Assembly: GCA_046538795.1 (NCBI GenBank)
Contig: JBKHIF010000001.1
Location: forward strand, 1-53,764
DNA length: 53,764 nucleotides
Reading direction: 5' to 3'
DNA from: Candidatus Woesearchaeota archaeon
GTDB lineage: Archaea > Nanobdellota > Nanobdellia > Woesearchaeales > CAZJJJ01
Shown: piece by piece, positions 1 to 9,842 of the stretch
How positions within the stretch are numbered: position 1 is the first letter of the stretch
Layout: each line of letters starts with the position of its first letter
Position numbers and translations under genes: made by a program
Notes under the pieces: generated by a model
Database searches by the model: none
Told to the model about the DNA's origin: nothing
What the model saw: the letters and a program-made list of their open reading frames with translations, nothing else

Positions 1-55
1 GGGGTATTGCTCCAAAGGAGTACCCTTTCAGGACAAACCCAAAATTTAGAAATAA
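1..55 (+). repeat. GC-rich intergenic element, copy A (5' part cut by window edge)
   Basis: About 90% identical over ~55 nt to 5724-5776 (GGGGT..GCTCCAAA.GAGTACCCTTTCAGG.CAAACCCAAAATTTAGAAATAAA). It lies ~80 nt upstream of the ATG at 136. Confidence 0.7.
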
Positions 56-135
56 AAAGATCAGGCTGATAATTCATCTTTTACAAGAATCGTAAAACAA
101 TAAATATTAAAAACATCAATTATTCATCTAATAAG

Positions 136-2886
136 ATGGATCCAAAAAAAGCAAGAAGCATAGCTCAGGGAGTCTTGATATCACTTATCATTTTAATTTT
201 CATATTTTCTTCAAGACTTGTAGTCATGATTACAGATTACATGTGGTTCAAGAGTTTATCCCTTGAATCAGTATTTCTCACAGAACTCAAAGCAAAGATA
301 CTGCTATTTGCGATTGCAGCAGGAGCATCATTTATATTCCTTGGAATAAACTTCCTAATATCAACAAAGATCAATAAGAGCGAAAACTTCATCTCAGGAA
401 AGATAAAAATATTTCTTGCTCTTGGAATAGCCATCATCGCAGGACTTATCTTCTCATCTCAGTGGATGACGACACTTCAATACATGAACCAGTCCTCATT
501 CAACCTTACTGAACCTGTGTTCAATCGTGATGTATCATTTTACATATTCAGCCTTCCTTTTTATAATGCTGCCCTTAATTTCATTTTCGGACTATTATTG
601 GTGACAGGTGTTATTGTTGCGCTTGATTATCTGCAGTCTATATTAAAAAATATCTTCAAGCCGCAATACACCCAGGATCCAAGTTCTATGCCTTCATACT
701 CTTTCAACATTAAAGCACTTAAGATAAAAAAGAAACCATTGACTCACCTGACAATTCTGGGCGCCTTGTTTTTCATCCTTCTTGCAGTAAGACACTATCT
801 TACTAGATTTTCCATAATGTATTCAGAAAAAGGAATAGTTGTGGGAGCAGGCTATACCGATGTGATGGTAACGCTTCCTATATTCAAAATAATGATGATA
901 CTTGCACTAGTTGTCACAGTCACATTTTTCCTATATTTATTCATAATATCAAAACAGCCAAAACTAAAAAAAAGGCACATTCTTCTCTACATCACAGGAT
1001 TATATGTCGTATTCGGATTTCTTGGCCCGACAGTGGTTCCTGAATTTTTCCAATCATTAAGAGTATCTCCAAACGAGATAAATCTTGAAAAGCCATACAT
1101 AGAAAATAATATAGAATTCACAAGGATAGCTTACGGACTCGATGATGTATCAGAAATAGATGTCCCTGTATACAACAATCTGTCAATGGATCTTCTTGAA
1201 CAAGAAAGTGAAACAGTCAAGAATATAAGAATACTTGACAGAAGACCATTAAGAGAAACTTACAAGCAGACACAGGAAATAAGGCTTTATTATGATCTAT
1301 CAGGGATAGACATTGACAGGTACTATATAAACGGCAATTATACATCTGTACTACTTGCACCAAGAGAGCTTGATCAAAACCAGATAACTGAAAACGCAAA
1401 GACATGGGTCAATCTGCATCTTGTATATACACACGGCTTTGGCATTGTGATGAGTCCTGTAAACAAGGTTACTGATCAGGGATTGCCAGATCATCTTATA
1501 AAAGACATCCCTCCAAAATATTCAGTTGAAGATGAAAGCATAAACATAATTGAACCAAGAGTATATTATGGAGAAAAAGATAATCAGTACATAATCGTTA
1601 ACACAGGAACAAGAGAATTTGATTACCCTAAAGGAAATGAAAATGAATATATCCATTACGATGGATTCGGAGGAATCAATCTGGATACATTCGGAAAAAA
1701 AATTCTTATGGCCTTGAGATTCGGAGACATAAAGCTACTTCTTTCTTCAGACATAAAACCTGAGAGCCGTATTAAATTTACGAGAAACATACTTAGCAGG
1801 GCAAGAAAAATCACACCATTCTTTGGTTTTGACTCTGACCCATATATAGTGATTTCAGAAGGAAGATTAAAATGGATTATTGATGCTTACACTGTATCAA
1901 ATTATTTCCCTTATTCTGAAAAGTATGGAAATATAAATTATATAAGAAATCCTGTCAAAATAGTTTTGGATGCATACAACGGAGATATCAATTATTATGT
2001 TATAGAACCTGAAGAGCCAATAATCCAGACGCTAGACAAGATATATCCTGAGCTGTTCAGCGATTATGAAGATATGCCTGAATCATTGAAAGATCATGTA
2101 AGATATCCAAAGGATCTCTTCAAGATACAGTCAAAGATATATCAGACATACCATATGACTGATCCAACTGTTTTCTACAACAAAGAAGATGCCTGGGAGA
2201 CACCTACAGAAATATATGGAGTCGGTCAGGAAGTGGAGGTTGATCCGTATCATATAATAATGAAGCTTCCTGGTGAAGATAAAGAAGAATTTATCCTTAT
2301 GTCAACCTTTACCCCTATAAGGAAGAATAATATGATCTCATGGATTGCAGCAAGATCAGACGGCGAAGATTACGGAAAGCTTCTGGTTTACAGGTTCCCG
2401 AAAGACAAGCTTGTATACGGACCTTTGCAGATTGAGGCAAAATTCGACCAGGATTCAGAAATCTCGCAGCAGCTAACACTCTGGTCTCAGCAGGGCTCAA
2501 GAGTAACAAGAGGAAATCTCATAATAATCCCTATAGAAAATAACATACTTTATGTTGAACCGTTATACATACAGGCAGAGACAGGGCAGCTCCCTGAATT
2601 AAAAAGAGTGCTTGTTTCAGACGGAGAACGTGTTGTAATGGAAGAAACCTTAGGAAAGGCATTTGTTGCCTTATTCGGAGGAGAGCTTCCTGATGAGATT
2701 GACGACAATGATGAAGATCAGGATGGTTTAAACAACCAGGAACTTATTGAGCAGGCAAACGATTATTATGACATGATACTTGATGCCATGAGAAACAATG
2801 ACTGGGGAAATATAGGAGTTAACTTCGACAGGCTTGGAAATATTCTTGGAAGACTTGGAAACCAACAGGAAAACAGCACAAGTTAA
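136..2886 (+). CDS. UPF0182 (COG1615) family multi-pass membrane protein
   Basis: 916-aa ORF with ATG start. The N-terminal third has about 7 hydrophobic helices, followed by a large soluble domain with the family-typical block LVYTHGFGIVMSPVN and an acidic C-terminus. Confidence 0.8.
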   Translation: MDPKKARSIAQGVLISLIILIFIFSSRLVVMITDYMWFKSLSLESVFLTELKAKILLFAIAAGASFIFLGINFLISTKINKSENFISGKIKIFLALGIAIIAGLIFSSQWMTTLQYMNQSSFNLTEPVFNRDVSFYIFSLPFYNAALNFIFGLLLVTGVIVALDYLQSILKNIFKPQYTQDPSSMPSYSFNIKALKIKKKPLTHLTILGALFFILLAVRHYLTRFSIMYSEKGIVVGAGYTDVMVTLPIFKIMMILALVVTVTFFLYLFIISKQPKLKKRHILLYITGLYVVFGFLGPTVVPEFFQSLRVSPNEINLEKPYIENNIEFTRIAYGLDDVSEIDVPVYNNLSMDLLEQESETVKNIRILDRRPLRETYKQTQEIRLYYDLSGIDIDRYYINGNYTSVLLAPRELDQNQITENAKTWVNLHLVYTHGFGIVMSPVNKVTDQGLPDHLIKDIPPKYSVEDESINIIEPRVYYGEKDNQYIIVNTGTREFDYPKGNENEYIHYDGFGGINLDTFGKKILMALRFGDIKLLLSSDIKPESRIKFTRNILSRARKITPFFGFDSDPYIVISEGRLKWIIDAYTVSNYFPYSEKYGNINYIRNPVKIVLDAYNGDINYYVIEPEEPIIQTLDKIYPELFSDYEDMPESLKDHVRYPKDLFKIQSKIYQTYHMTDPTVFYNKEDAWETPTEIYGVGQEVEVDPYHIIMKLPGEDKEEFILMSTFTPIRKNNMISWIAARSDGEDYGKLLVYRFPKDKLVYGPLQIEAKFDQDSEISQQLTLWSQQGSRVTRGNLIIIPIENNILYVEPLYIQAETGQLPELKRVLVSDGERVVMEETLGKAFVALFGGELPDEIDDNDEDQDGLNNQELIEQANDYYDMILDAMRNNDWGNIGVNFDRLGNILGRLGNQQENSTS

Positions 2887-4955
2887 GAAAGCTCTTTCAT
2901 CAACTCAAAAAATTCTTTTTTATTTTTTCTTAAATAATCAATAGGTATCTCAATACCTATGCGGTAATCTCCATTCTTTAAGGCATAAATCCTTTCTTTT
3001 TCATTCTCAAAACCATTTCGTTCTATGAAAACAATATCTATTGTCTCACAGGGAATTCCAAGATAAGTCATGTCCCAGCCTCCACGAAGGCATATTTCAA
3101 TATCTTCAGGAATATAAATATTATTCTCCTTAAAATCATCATCAACACTTGCGATGGCAGTAATCTTTTTTCCTGTTGATATTTCAAACTCATCTTTATA
3201 TCCAATATCCTTTTGGAATAAAGTATATGAGATATTAGAAGACAAATTTCTTAAAAATTCCATAGAATACGGATAAGAATCAAAATTGTCTGAAAAATTT
3301 GTAACCGTAAGATATACCTCAGTCAGTTTCGAAAGATCTTTTATGATATCCTTGTTTTCTTTTTGGCTCAAATTGATATAATCTATATCAAGCCTGACAA
3401 AATGGCTTGAAGTAATATTTTCTATTCTTGGAACATTCACTTTTTCAAGACATAATGAAGATGAAAGTCTGGAGTTTTCATATTTATCTATGACAATAAA
3501 ATTAAAACCATGTAACTTTCCGCAAGCCATTATATTATTTGAATCAACAAGATAATTGAGTTGTTTTTGATATTGATCAACACAAAAATCATCCATTTCA
3601 TGGCAAGGGTAGCCATAGACGTCCAACGCAAAAGAGGTGAAATTTCCAAGCATATAATCTATAAAAGTATATTCATAATTGGGTCCTGGCTTAAGGGTCG
3701 TTTTTGGATGATAAGGAAAAACAAAAGCAGAATTTGTAACCAGGATGTCTGAATTAGATATTGCATCTGTTATCGTCTTATCTATTTTGTAATTATCTCG
3801 AGTAAGATGAAAAGTATTTCCCAAAGACAGGATAATGATCAAAATGATGAAAAAATATAAAATCAATCTTTTCTTCGGCAAATTTTTGATAATTCTGAAA
3901 AAGGCCTCTCCTGATATAACATAGAACAAAAAAATGAATATCAAAGCATATCTCGAATCATATCTTGTAAGAAAGATGCAAAAATATATGAAATAAATAA
4001 ACGCAAATCCTATTATTTTTATTGTTGAAAAAAATTTTCCTGTCGTCTTATTTTTTTTCTGCTCAGAAACAAAATCCCTGATAATAAAGTAAACACCTAC
4101 GATAAACAAGATTAGAGGAACTGTTTCTGTGGTTGCCAACTGAAAAAAATAGCTTAAGAATGAAGAGTCCTTATAAAGCCATGATTGACTTGCAACTATA
4201 TTTGAAGCGCTCAACAAAGGAGTTGTCATTCTATCAACAAGCCCTCCATCATAATAGAAAAAGTTGAATAAAAAATAAGGAAGAATGCCTAACGAAAACC
4301 CGATTCCACATCTTAAGATATTCAGAAAAGTTTCTTTCAGATATGTTTTTTTGCTGAATAAATATTCAACTATAAGATAAATGATGAAAAACGGAAAGAC
4401 AAATGCAGCAGGAAACTTAAAAAGAAATCCAATTGCGACAAACAGTCCTCCTCTGAAAAAATGATTGGTAGAAAAATAGCTTATTCCAAGCAAAGCAAAA
4501 ACATATGCAAAAATATCCACTAAAACATATCCGCCATACAAAAGAATAGAAAAACCTGTCATGTAAAGAAAAAAAGAGATCATAGCAGGTTTTGCCCCAA
4601 AATGCCTTTTTGCCACATGATATACTATAAGTCCTGAACAGATTGCCAGAATCAAGCTAAATATCCTTGCAGCCATAAGAGAGTTTAATCCAGTAACCTG
4701 CAAAGGCGTAAGAAGAAAAGAAAGCATAAGAGGCCTGAAAATTTCAAAGATCCCATATTCTCCAAAAGAGGCAAAATATTGTGCGATGCCCATATATACT
4801 CCCTCATCAAAAAAAATCCGCCCCTTGGAAAATATGAGTAGTTTTAAGCTAAAATAATAAAGTGAAATCACAGATATGAGTGCTATTTTTTTTGTTCTGT
4901 CTGAAAATCTAAAATCTTTTTTTCTATGTGGTGAATCAATATAATTTAAAGCCAT
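2883..4955 (-). CDS. Polytopic membrane protein, GT-C fold (PMT/ArnT-like) glycosyltransferase candidate with a large C-terminal extracytoplasmic domain
   Basis: 690-aa ORF with at least 10 hydrophobic helices. An FFDEGVY (DE) motif follows the first helix, as in GT-C enzymes. Its stop overlaps the convergent stop of 136..2886 (TTAA at 2883-2886). Function is inferred only. Confidence 0.55.
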   Translation of the reverse strand: MALNYIDSPHRKKDFRFSDRTKKIALISVISLYYFSLKLLIFSKGRIFFDEGVYMGIAQYFASFGEYGIFEIFRPLMLSFLLTPLQVTGLNSLMAARIFSLILAICSGLIVYHVAKRHFGAKPAMISFFLYMTGFSILLYGGYVLVDIFAYVFALLGISYFSTNHFFRGGLFVAIGFLFKFPAAFVFPFFIIYLIVEYLFSKKTYLKETFLNILRCGIGFSLGILPYFLFNFFYYDGGLVDRMTTPLLSASNIVASQSWLYKDSSFLSYFFQLATTETVPLILFIVGVYFIIRDFVSEQKKNKTTGKFFSTIKIIGFAFIYFIYFCIFLTRYDSRYALIFIFLFYVISGEAFFRIIKNLPKKRLILYFFIILIIILSLGNTFHLTRDNYKIDKTITDAISNSDILVTNSAFVFPYHPKTTLKPGPNYEYTFIDYMLGNFTSFALDVYGYPCHEMDDFCVDQYQKQLNYLVDSNNIMACGKLHGFNFIVIDKYENSRLSSSLCLEKVNVPRIENITSSHFVRLDIDYINLSQKENKDIIKDLSKLTEVYLTVTNFSDNFDSYPYSMEFLRNLSSNISYTLFQKDIGYKDEFEISTGKKITAIASVDDDFKENNIYIPEDIEICLRGGWDMTYLGIPCETIDIVFIERNGFENEKERIYALKNGDYRIGIEIPIDYLRKNKKEFFELMKELS

Positions 4956-5077
4956 ATCAAATAATTATCATATCTTATATAAAAAATATAACATATTAAA
5001 GAAAAAAATTCTTTAGACTCCAACAAGGATATTTAACAACAGAAATATTTATAAAAAAAAGATTTATTTCCGGAAGC

Positions 5078-5548
5078 ATGGGTGAGGGGGATAAAATTTA
5101 CGAGAAATATCTGAAACTCCAGGAAAAGTACAATCTTCCTGATTATCACAGCATAAACAAAGAGTTTGAGATATCAAATCTTGATTCCAACAAGTTCATG
5201 CTAAGGCAGATAAGGAAAAAAATTCATTCAAAGCTTGATGATTACTGTGAAATTATTGAAGACCTTCTTCAGCCAAGTGCAACAATAAGCCAGATGCATG
5301 AGTACAGGTTCTTTTCTGAAACTGCAAAAAAAAGGATATATGACCTTTACAGGAAGCTCATGCACATGTCAAGGACGGCGACTGAACTCACAATACATAA
5401 CGATAAAGAAAAAGATATTGAGTTCATAAGAGAATTCTTTTCAAGTTTTGATTCTATAAAAAAAGAGATGGTCTCAATAACTTCGACCATGAAAAAATCA
5501 TGGAAAGAAGAGCTTGACAAAGATATCAAATTTGAATATTTCGGATAA
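5078..5548 (+). CDS. Hypothetical protein (helical, charged)
   Basis: 156-aa ORF with coding-like composition and no family recognised. The antisense ORF 5347..5562 looks spurious. Confidence 0.6.
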   Translation: MGEGDKIYEKYLKLQEKYNLPDYHSINKEFEISNLDSNKFMLRQIRKKIHSKLDDYCEIIEDLLQPSATISQMHEYRFFSETAKKRIYDLYRKLMHMSRTATELTIHNDKEKDIEFIREFFSSFDSIKKEMVSITSTMKKSWKEELDKDIKFEYFG

Positions 5549-5595
5549 ATAAAGAAAATCACTGCTCAAGCCTATTAGAAATTTAAAAAATTCCT

Positions 5596-5776
5596 AATCC
5601 CTAAAACTGAAAGTCTTAGATATCCCCACACTGAAGTGTAGGGTGTTACGGCTTTCGCAGCTGACGTGATTTTCTAATTTCAAAATTCACCTTGCTCAAA
5701 GAGTACCCACCGGGGCGAAAGGCGGGGTGCTCCAAATGAGTACCCTTTCAGGGCAAACCCAAAATTTAGAAATAAA
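5596..5776 (+). repeat. GC-rich hairpin-forming intergenic element, copy B (full length); possible small structured RNA
   Basis: A GC-rich island in AT-rich spacer. It contains the cores AATCCCTAAAACTGAAAG and GCTCAAAGAGTACCC, and the hairpin GAGTACCC-N16-GGGTGCTC. The 3' 55 nt match copy A, and the cores are shared with the inverted copy at 20821-20947. It lies ~95 nt upstream of adk. Confidence 0.65.
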
Positions 5777-5869
5777 GTAAAAGACCAAAACCAAAATTAT
5801 TTAATAAAGCCCTAAAATTCTTTTAGAAATATCAAATAATTAAAGACTAAATTTAGATGAGGTGTTTTA

Positions 5870-6472
5870 ATGAAAATTATTCTTGTAGGACCTCCTGGTT
5901 CTGGAAAAGGAACACAGGCAAAAAAAATAGCTGAAAAATATGATATCCCTCATATATCGACAGGAGATATATTCAGGGAGAACATAAAAAATCAAACTGA
6001 GCTTGGAAAAAAAGCAAAAGAGATAATGGACAGGGGAGAACTCGTTCCTGACGAAGTCACCATAAACATGGTAAAAGAAAGACTTGCTCAACCTGACTGC
6101 ACAAAAGGATACCTTCTTGATGGTTTCCCAAGGACAATACCTCAGGCAGAGGCTCTTGAAGATATAAGTCCTGCAGAAAAGGTTATAGATATAGAAGTTC
6201 CTGACGAAGAGATTGTATTAAGGATAACAGGACGAAGACAAGGACCTGACGGAACCATTTATCATATCAAGTATAATCCAGCTCCTGAAGGCATAAATGT
6301 CATCCAAAGAGACGACGATAAGGAAGAAGTCGTAAAGAACAGGCTAAGAGTATATCACGAACAGACAGAGCCTATAATAGCCTTCTATCACGGCAAAGGA
6401 AAAACTATCGAGATAGATGGAACAAAAACAATTGATGATGTTTTTGATTCAATCGTTAAAGTTCTTGGATGA
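5870..6472 (+). CDS. adk: Adenylate kinase
   Basis: P-loop GPPGSGKGTQ, TGD(I/L)FR, LLDGFPRT, and a lid region without Zn cysteines. 200 aa, TGA stop. Confidence 0.95.
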   Translation: MKIILVGPPGSGKGTQAKKIAEKYDIPHISTGDIFRENIKNQTELGKKAKEIMDRGELVPDEVTINMVKERLAQPDCTKGYLLDGFPRTIPQAEALEDISPAEKVIDIEVPDEEIVLRITGRRQGPDGTIYHIKYNPAPEGINVIQRDDDKEEVVKNRLRVYHEQTEPIIAFYHGKGKTIEIDGTKTIDDVFDSIVKVLG

Positions 6473-7441
6473 AAATATATGTTTGATAAGGGTTGTCGCA
6501 TAACAGCTCTTTTCAAGCCAGAAGTTTAAGATTATTTTTTTCTTATTTTTGTTTTTGTCATCAACAAATTCTTTTAATTCAAAATCATGCGGCTCTAAGA
6601 ATATCTTCCTGACTGTTCCATCAACGCTTAGTTCAGGAATTTGCCTTACTATAAAACTTCTTAAGTTCATGTTTTCTTCATTCAATATTTCATCATATAT
6701 CTCTTCGATTTTATGATCATTAAATTCAGAATCAAATCCAATTATAGGAAAATCAAAATTATTTGTATCTGGATTATTCTCAAGATATCTGTCAACTGCT
6801 TTATTCCAAAGATCGCTCTGAAAAGCATGTACATAGAATTTCTGTATGGTTTTTGGAAACTTCCTTATTGCTCCCACATAATCATTTGGGTTATTCTTAA
6901 GATGCTCTTTGATAATAGATAAATCATTTTCCCTTCCCTCCCTTATCAAAAAGACTGCATCTTTGAATTTGGATGTTAAAATATACTTTCCGATCAAGGA
7001 ATTATTCGTAGAAAATCTCTGCTCTCCAAAATAATTAGGTATTTTTGAAAGATCGATATCATCTGATAAAAAATCCTCTGAAACATCCCTTATGATTATC
7101 TTAAACCTGTTGCCCTTAAGATCTCCCAGATTAATCCTTTCATCAATCTGCCCGATATAATCCAGTTTGATATCCTTTAAGTTTATCTTTTTGATCTTTT
7201 CAGAAGAAACATCCATTATTGATATGAACTGTGTAGTTACCGCCCTTTTGTCTTTATTCCCTGCAAACCCTATAAATTTAGGAGGGATTTTAAGAGCATT
7301 TGCTATATGCTGTATAGCTCTCACAGTATCATAATTGACCTTTTTCATAGAAACAAGGGCAAAATTGCCACCCTCTGAGATAGTATGATAAGCTATCTCC
7401 TCTACGATAAAATCCTCTGGAATTGATTTAATCTTATACAT
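6449..7441 (-). CDS. truD: tRNA pseudouridine synthase D (TruD/Pus7 family)
   Basis: GNKDKRAVTTQ catalytic-Asp motif and the NYFGEQRF motif. 330 aa, TGA stop. Its 3' end overlaps adk by 24 nt (convergent). Confidence 0.85.
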   Translation of the reverse strand: MYKIKSIPEDFIVEEIAYHTISEGGNFALVSMKKVNYDTVRAIQHIANALKIPPKFIGFAGNKDKRAVTTQFISIMDVSSEKIKKINLKDIKLDYIGQIDERINLGDLKGNRFKIIIRDVSEDFLSDDIDLSKIPNYFGEQRFSTNNSLIGKYILTSKFKDAVFLIREGRENDLSIIKEHLKNNPNDYVGAIRKFPKTIQKFYVHAFQSDLWNKAVDRYLENNPDTNNFDFPIIGFDSEFNDHKIEEIYDEILNEENMNLRSFIVRQIPELSVDGTVRKIFLEPHDFELKEFVDDKNKNKKKIILNFWLEKSCYATTLIKHIFSSKNFND

Positions 7442-7497
7442 TTTGATGCAAAAATCGAAAACTTATTAAAAAACTTGCTGTCCTTTCCTAAAAAAGT

Positions 7498-7619
7498 GAG
7501 CCAGTGGCCTAGTCTGGATAGGGCGAGTGCCTCCTATTTTAAAGCAAGCTTTGAAATGCTTCATAAGCCTTGTTTAAGAAGTAAGCACTAGATCCGGGGT
7601 TCGAATCCTCGCTGGCTCG
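7498..7619 (+). tRNA. tRNA-Arg(CCU): tRNA-Arg (anticodon CCU) with a 47-nt intron at the canonical 37/38 position
   Basis: Hand-folded cloverleaf. Acceptor GAGCCAG/CTGGCTC, D stem GCCT/GGGC, anticodon stem AGTGC/GCACT. Loop is C-U-CCU-A, then the intron 7537-7583, then A38. Variable loop AGATC, T arm CGGGG-TTCGAAT-CCTCG, discriminator G. No encoded CCA. Confidence 0.85.
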
Positions 7620-7627
7620 TTTTTTTT
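7620..7627 (+). terminator. Oligo-T tract directly after the tRNA (archaeal-type terminator)
   Basis: Eight consecutive T residues immediately 3' of the discriminator base. Confidence 0.5.
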
Positions 7628-7787
7628 ATTTCGTAGGGTTTCTGATAAGAATATCCTACATGACTACTTTTGATAAAGCTTTTCGTAAAAGTTTTGTGGG
7701 AATCAACACTTTCTCGTTTTATTATTTCTAATATTTTAAAAAATCATACAACAAACTATTTAAACAAAGAAAAGCAATATAATTTCA

Positions 7788-8627
7788 ATGAAAAAGATTG
7801 CATTAGTATTTTCAGGGGGTGCTCTTAGAGGTTTTGCACAATTCGGATGTGTAAAAGCAATCGAAGAGTTCTGTAAAAAAGAATCTTTAGAGATAGATAC
7901 TGTTGTTGGCACCTCATTTGGCACAATTACATCTTCTTTGATTGCATTGGGTTACAGATCAAAAGAGATGATAGATTATTCTTTAAAAACCGGATTCAAC
8001 GTATCTAATCTAAGAGATATCATGCTATTCGGTCCTGCTGTACTTAAAGGCAAAAAGATAAACAGAGAACTTACTAAATTTATCGGATACAAGACTTTTG
8101 AAGAAACTAAGATAAACATAATCATAAACTCGGTCGATATATATTCGGGAAAAGAATATATTTTCACAAACAAAGGGATATTCACATCTGACAGAAAGAC
8201 ACATGTAGCATCAGGAATAAGAATATTGGATGGAATAAAGGCAAGTACAGCAATACCTCTTATATTCAAGCCTGTTAGGTTGGGAAAGTTATCTCTTGTC
8301 GATGGAGGGCTTGTATCTGCTATGGCACTTCATCTAATAGATCCTTATGACTTTGATATGGTAATTGCTGTTGATGTCTGCATGGCAAATTTTTCGTTCA
8401 TAGAAAAAAAACAAAATCTAAGAAGGCTTGACATGATAAAACAATCTATTTCAGTTATGCAAAGGCAGTTTCATTTCAGAGAAGTTGATGAGCACATGAA
8501 AAAATATGGCAATATAGTCCTGATAAGACCTAAAGTGGGACCTGCAAAGATTAAAAACAAAGGCGAGATGAAAAGGCTCATCAAAGTAGGATATACTGAA
8601 ACAAAAAAAGTTCTTGGGCAATTATGA
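7788..8627 (+). CDS. Patatin-like phospholipase
   Basis: Oxyanion SGGALRG, nucleophile elbow GTSFG and catalytic DGG (VDGGLVS). 279 aa. Confidence 0.85.
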   Translation: MKKIALVFSGGALRGFAQFGCVKAIEEFCKKESLEIDTVVGTSFGTITSSLIALGYRSKEMIDYSLKTGFNVSNLRDIMLFGPAVLKGKKINRELTKFIGYKTFEETKINIIINSVDIYSGKEYIFTNKGIFTSDRKTHVASGIRILDGIKASTAIPLIFKPVRLGKLSLVDGGLVSAMALHLIDPYDFDMVIAVDVCMANFSFIEKKQNLRRLDMIKQSISVMQRQFHFREVDEHMKKYGNIVLIRPKVGPAKIKNKGEMKRLIKVGYTETKKVLGQL

Positions 8628-9793
8628 TAGATTTCTCAACAACAAGAATTAAATATCTCCCCCGATTATATCAGGTTATGGACCTAACTCTTGCACATTT
8701 TACAGAAGGGAAAAAGATGCTCAAGCGAGCATTATCAAAAAAACCATTCAAGAAATATCCAGGAGATTCTGTTGCAATATGCCGCCAGATTGTAGATGAA
8801 TGCTGGAACGGAAACTATTTTCAGGTAAGTACAGGACACTTTGATTCTTTCTACATGAGAGATTTTGCTTTTTGTGCTGATGCACTTGTTAAGCTTGGAT
8901 ACAGGCACGAGGTTACTACTACACTACATTGGGCTCTTGAGATATACGAAAAATGGGATGTGCTTACAACAACCATAACAACAGACAAAAAACCAATACA
9001 TGTATTTGATTATGCAAGCGATACTCTTCCTCTTCTGTTAAGAACTATAAGAATAACAAAAGCAAAATTTCTGGCAAACCAATTTAAAGACTTCATCAAC
9101 AAACAGATAAGGTACTATTATGACAATGTACTTGACAAGCAGCTTGGACTGGTTGATCCGAACAAATCATTTTCTTCTATGAGAGATCATTACAACAGAA
9201 AAAGCTGCATGTATGACAATTCCATGATGGCAATGATACCTATAGAGCTCGAACATCTTAGAAAAATGGGAATAAAACTTGTAGATCCTTTCAGAAAATG
9301 GAATTTCAGCAAGGTCATAAGAGACCGTTTTTGGGTTGGAACCCATTTTCTTGATGATCTGACTCATGACCACCATATTGCAACAGATGCTAATGTTTTT
9401 CCATATTATTGCGGCATATTTAATGATAGCAAGATGATCTGGGATTCTGTCATGATGATAAAAAAATACAAGCTTGACAAACCTATCCCTGCAAAATATA
9501 CAGAAAAACAGCATAAATCAAAAGAAATGTTTCCGATCAACATGCTTGCTCCAAACTATGAAGGAGATACCTGTTGGGCTATGCTGGGATTGTTATTTCT
9601 TTATGTTATAAGGATGATAAGCAAGCACATGGTTGACTATTATCTTGATGTTTTCTCTGAAGCTATTGAAAAATACGGAACTTTTCTTGAACTTTATGAT
9701 GCAAAAGGAAAACCTTACAAAAAAACGTTCTACAAAACCGATGAAGGCATGCTATGGGCTGCAATGTATCTTGATCTTTATCTGAATAAATAG
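8624..9793 (+). CDS. Hypothetical protein, possibly (alpha/alpha)6-barrel glycosidase-like; function uncertain
   Basis: 389-aa ORF whose ATG overlaps the patatin stop (ATGA), implying co-translation. Trp/Tyr/Asp-rich helical repeats. No firm motif recognised. Confidence 0.6.
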   Translation: MIDFSTTRIKYLPRLYQVMDLTLAHFTEGKKMLKRALSKKPFKKYPGDSVAICRQIVDECWNGNYFQVSTGHFDSFYMRDFAFCADALVKLGYRHEVTTTLHWALEIYEKWDVLTTTITTDKKPIHVFDYASDTLPLLLRTIRITKAKFLANQFKDFINKQIRYYYDNVLDKQLGLVDPNKSFSSMRDHYNRKSCMYDNSMMAMIPIELEHLRKMGIKLVDPFRKWNFSKVIRDRFWVGTHFLDDLTHDHHIATDANVFPYYCGIFNDSKMIWDSVMMIKKYKLDKPIPAKYTEKQHKSKEMFPINMLAPNYEGDTCWAMLGLLFLYVIRMISKHMVDYYLDVFSEAIEKYGTFLELYDAKGKPYKKTFYKTDEGMLWAAMYLDLYLNK

Positions 9794-9842
9794 CAATACC
9801 TGTACAATTATTTTTATATATAATTTAATTACCAAATAAACT

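Noticed and set aside
5596-5613. AATCCCT(A/C)AAAC(T/C)GAAAG looks like the 3' end of some archaeal CRISPR repeats (…ATTGAAAG type). I considered a CRISPR array or an orphan repeat.
   Set aside because: There are only single, widely separated copies (5596 and 20908-20925). There is no regular repeat-spacer periodicity and no cas genes in the window.
1-5776. Direct copies of the GC-rich element (A and B) flank 5.7 kb. I considered a composite transposon or genomic island.
   Set aside because: There is no transposase, integrase or target-site duplication visible. The enclosed genes (UPF0182, a GT-C-like membrane protein and a small hypothetical) look chromosomal. A third copy elsewhere has the same position relative to a gene start, which favours a regulatory or RNA element.
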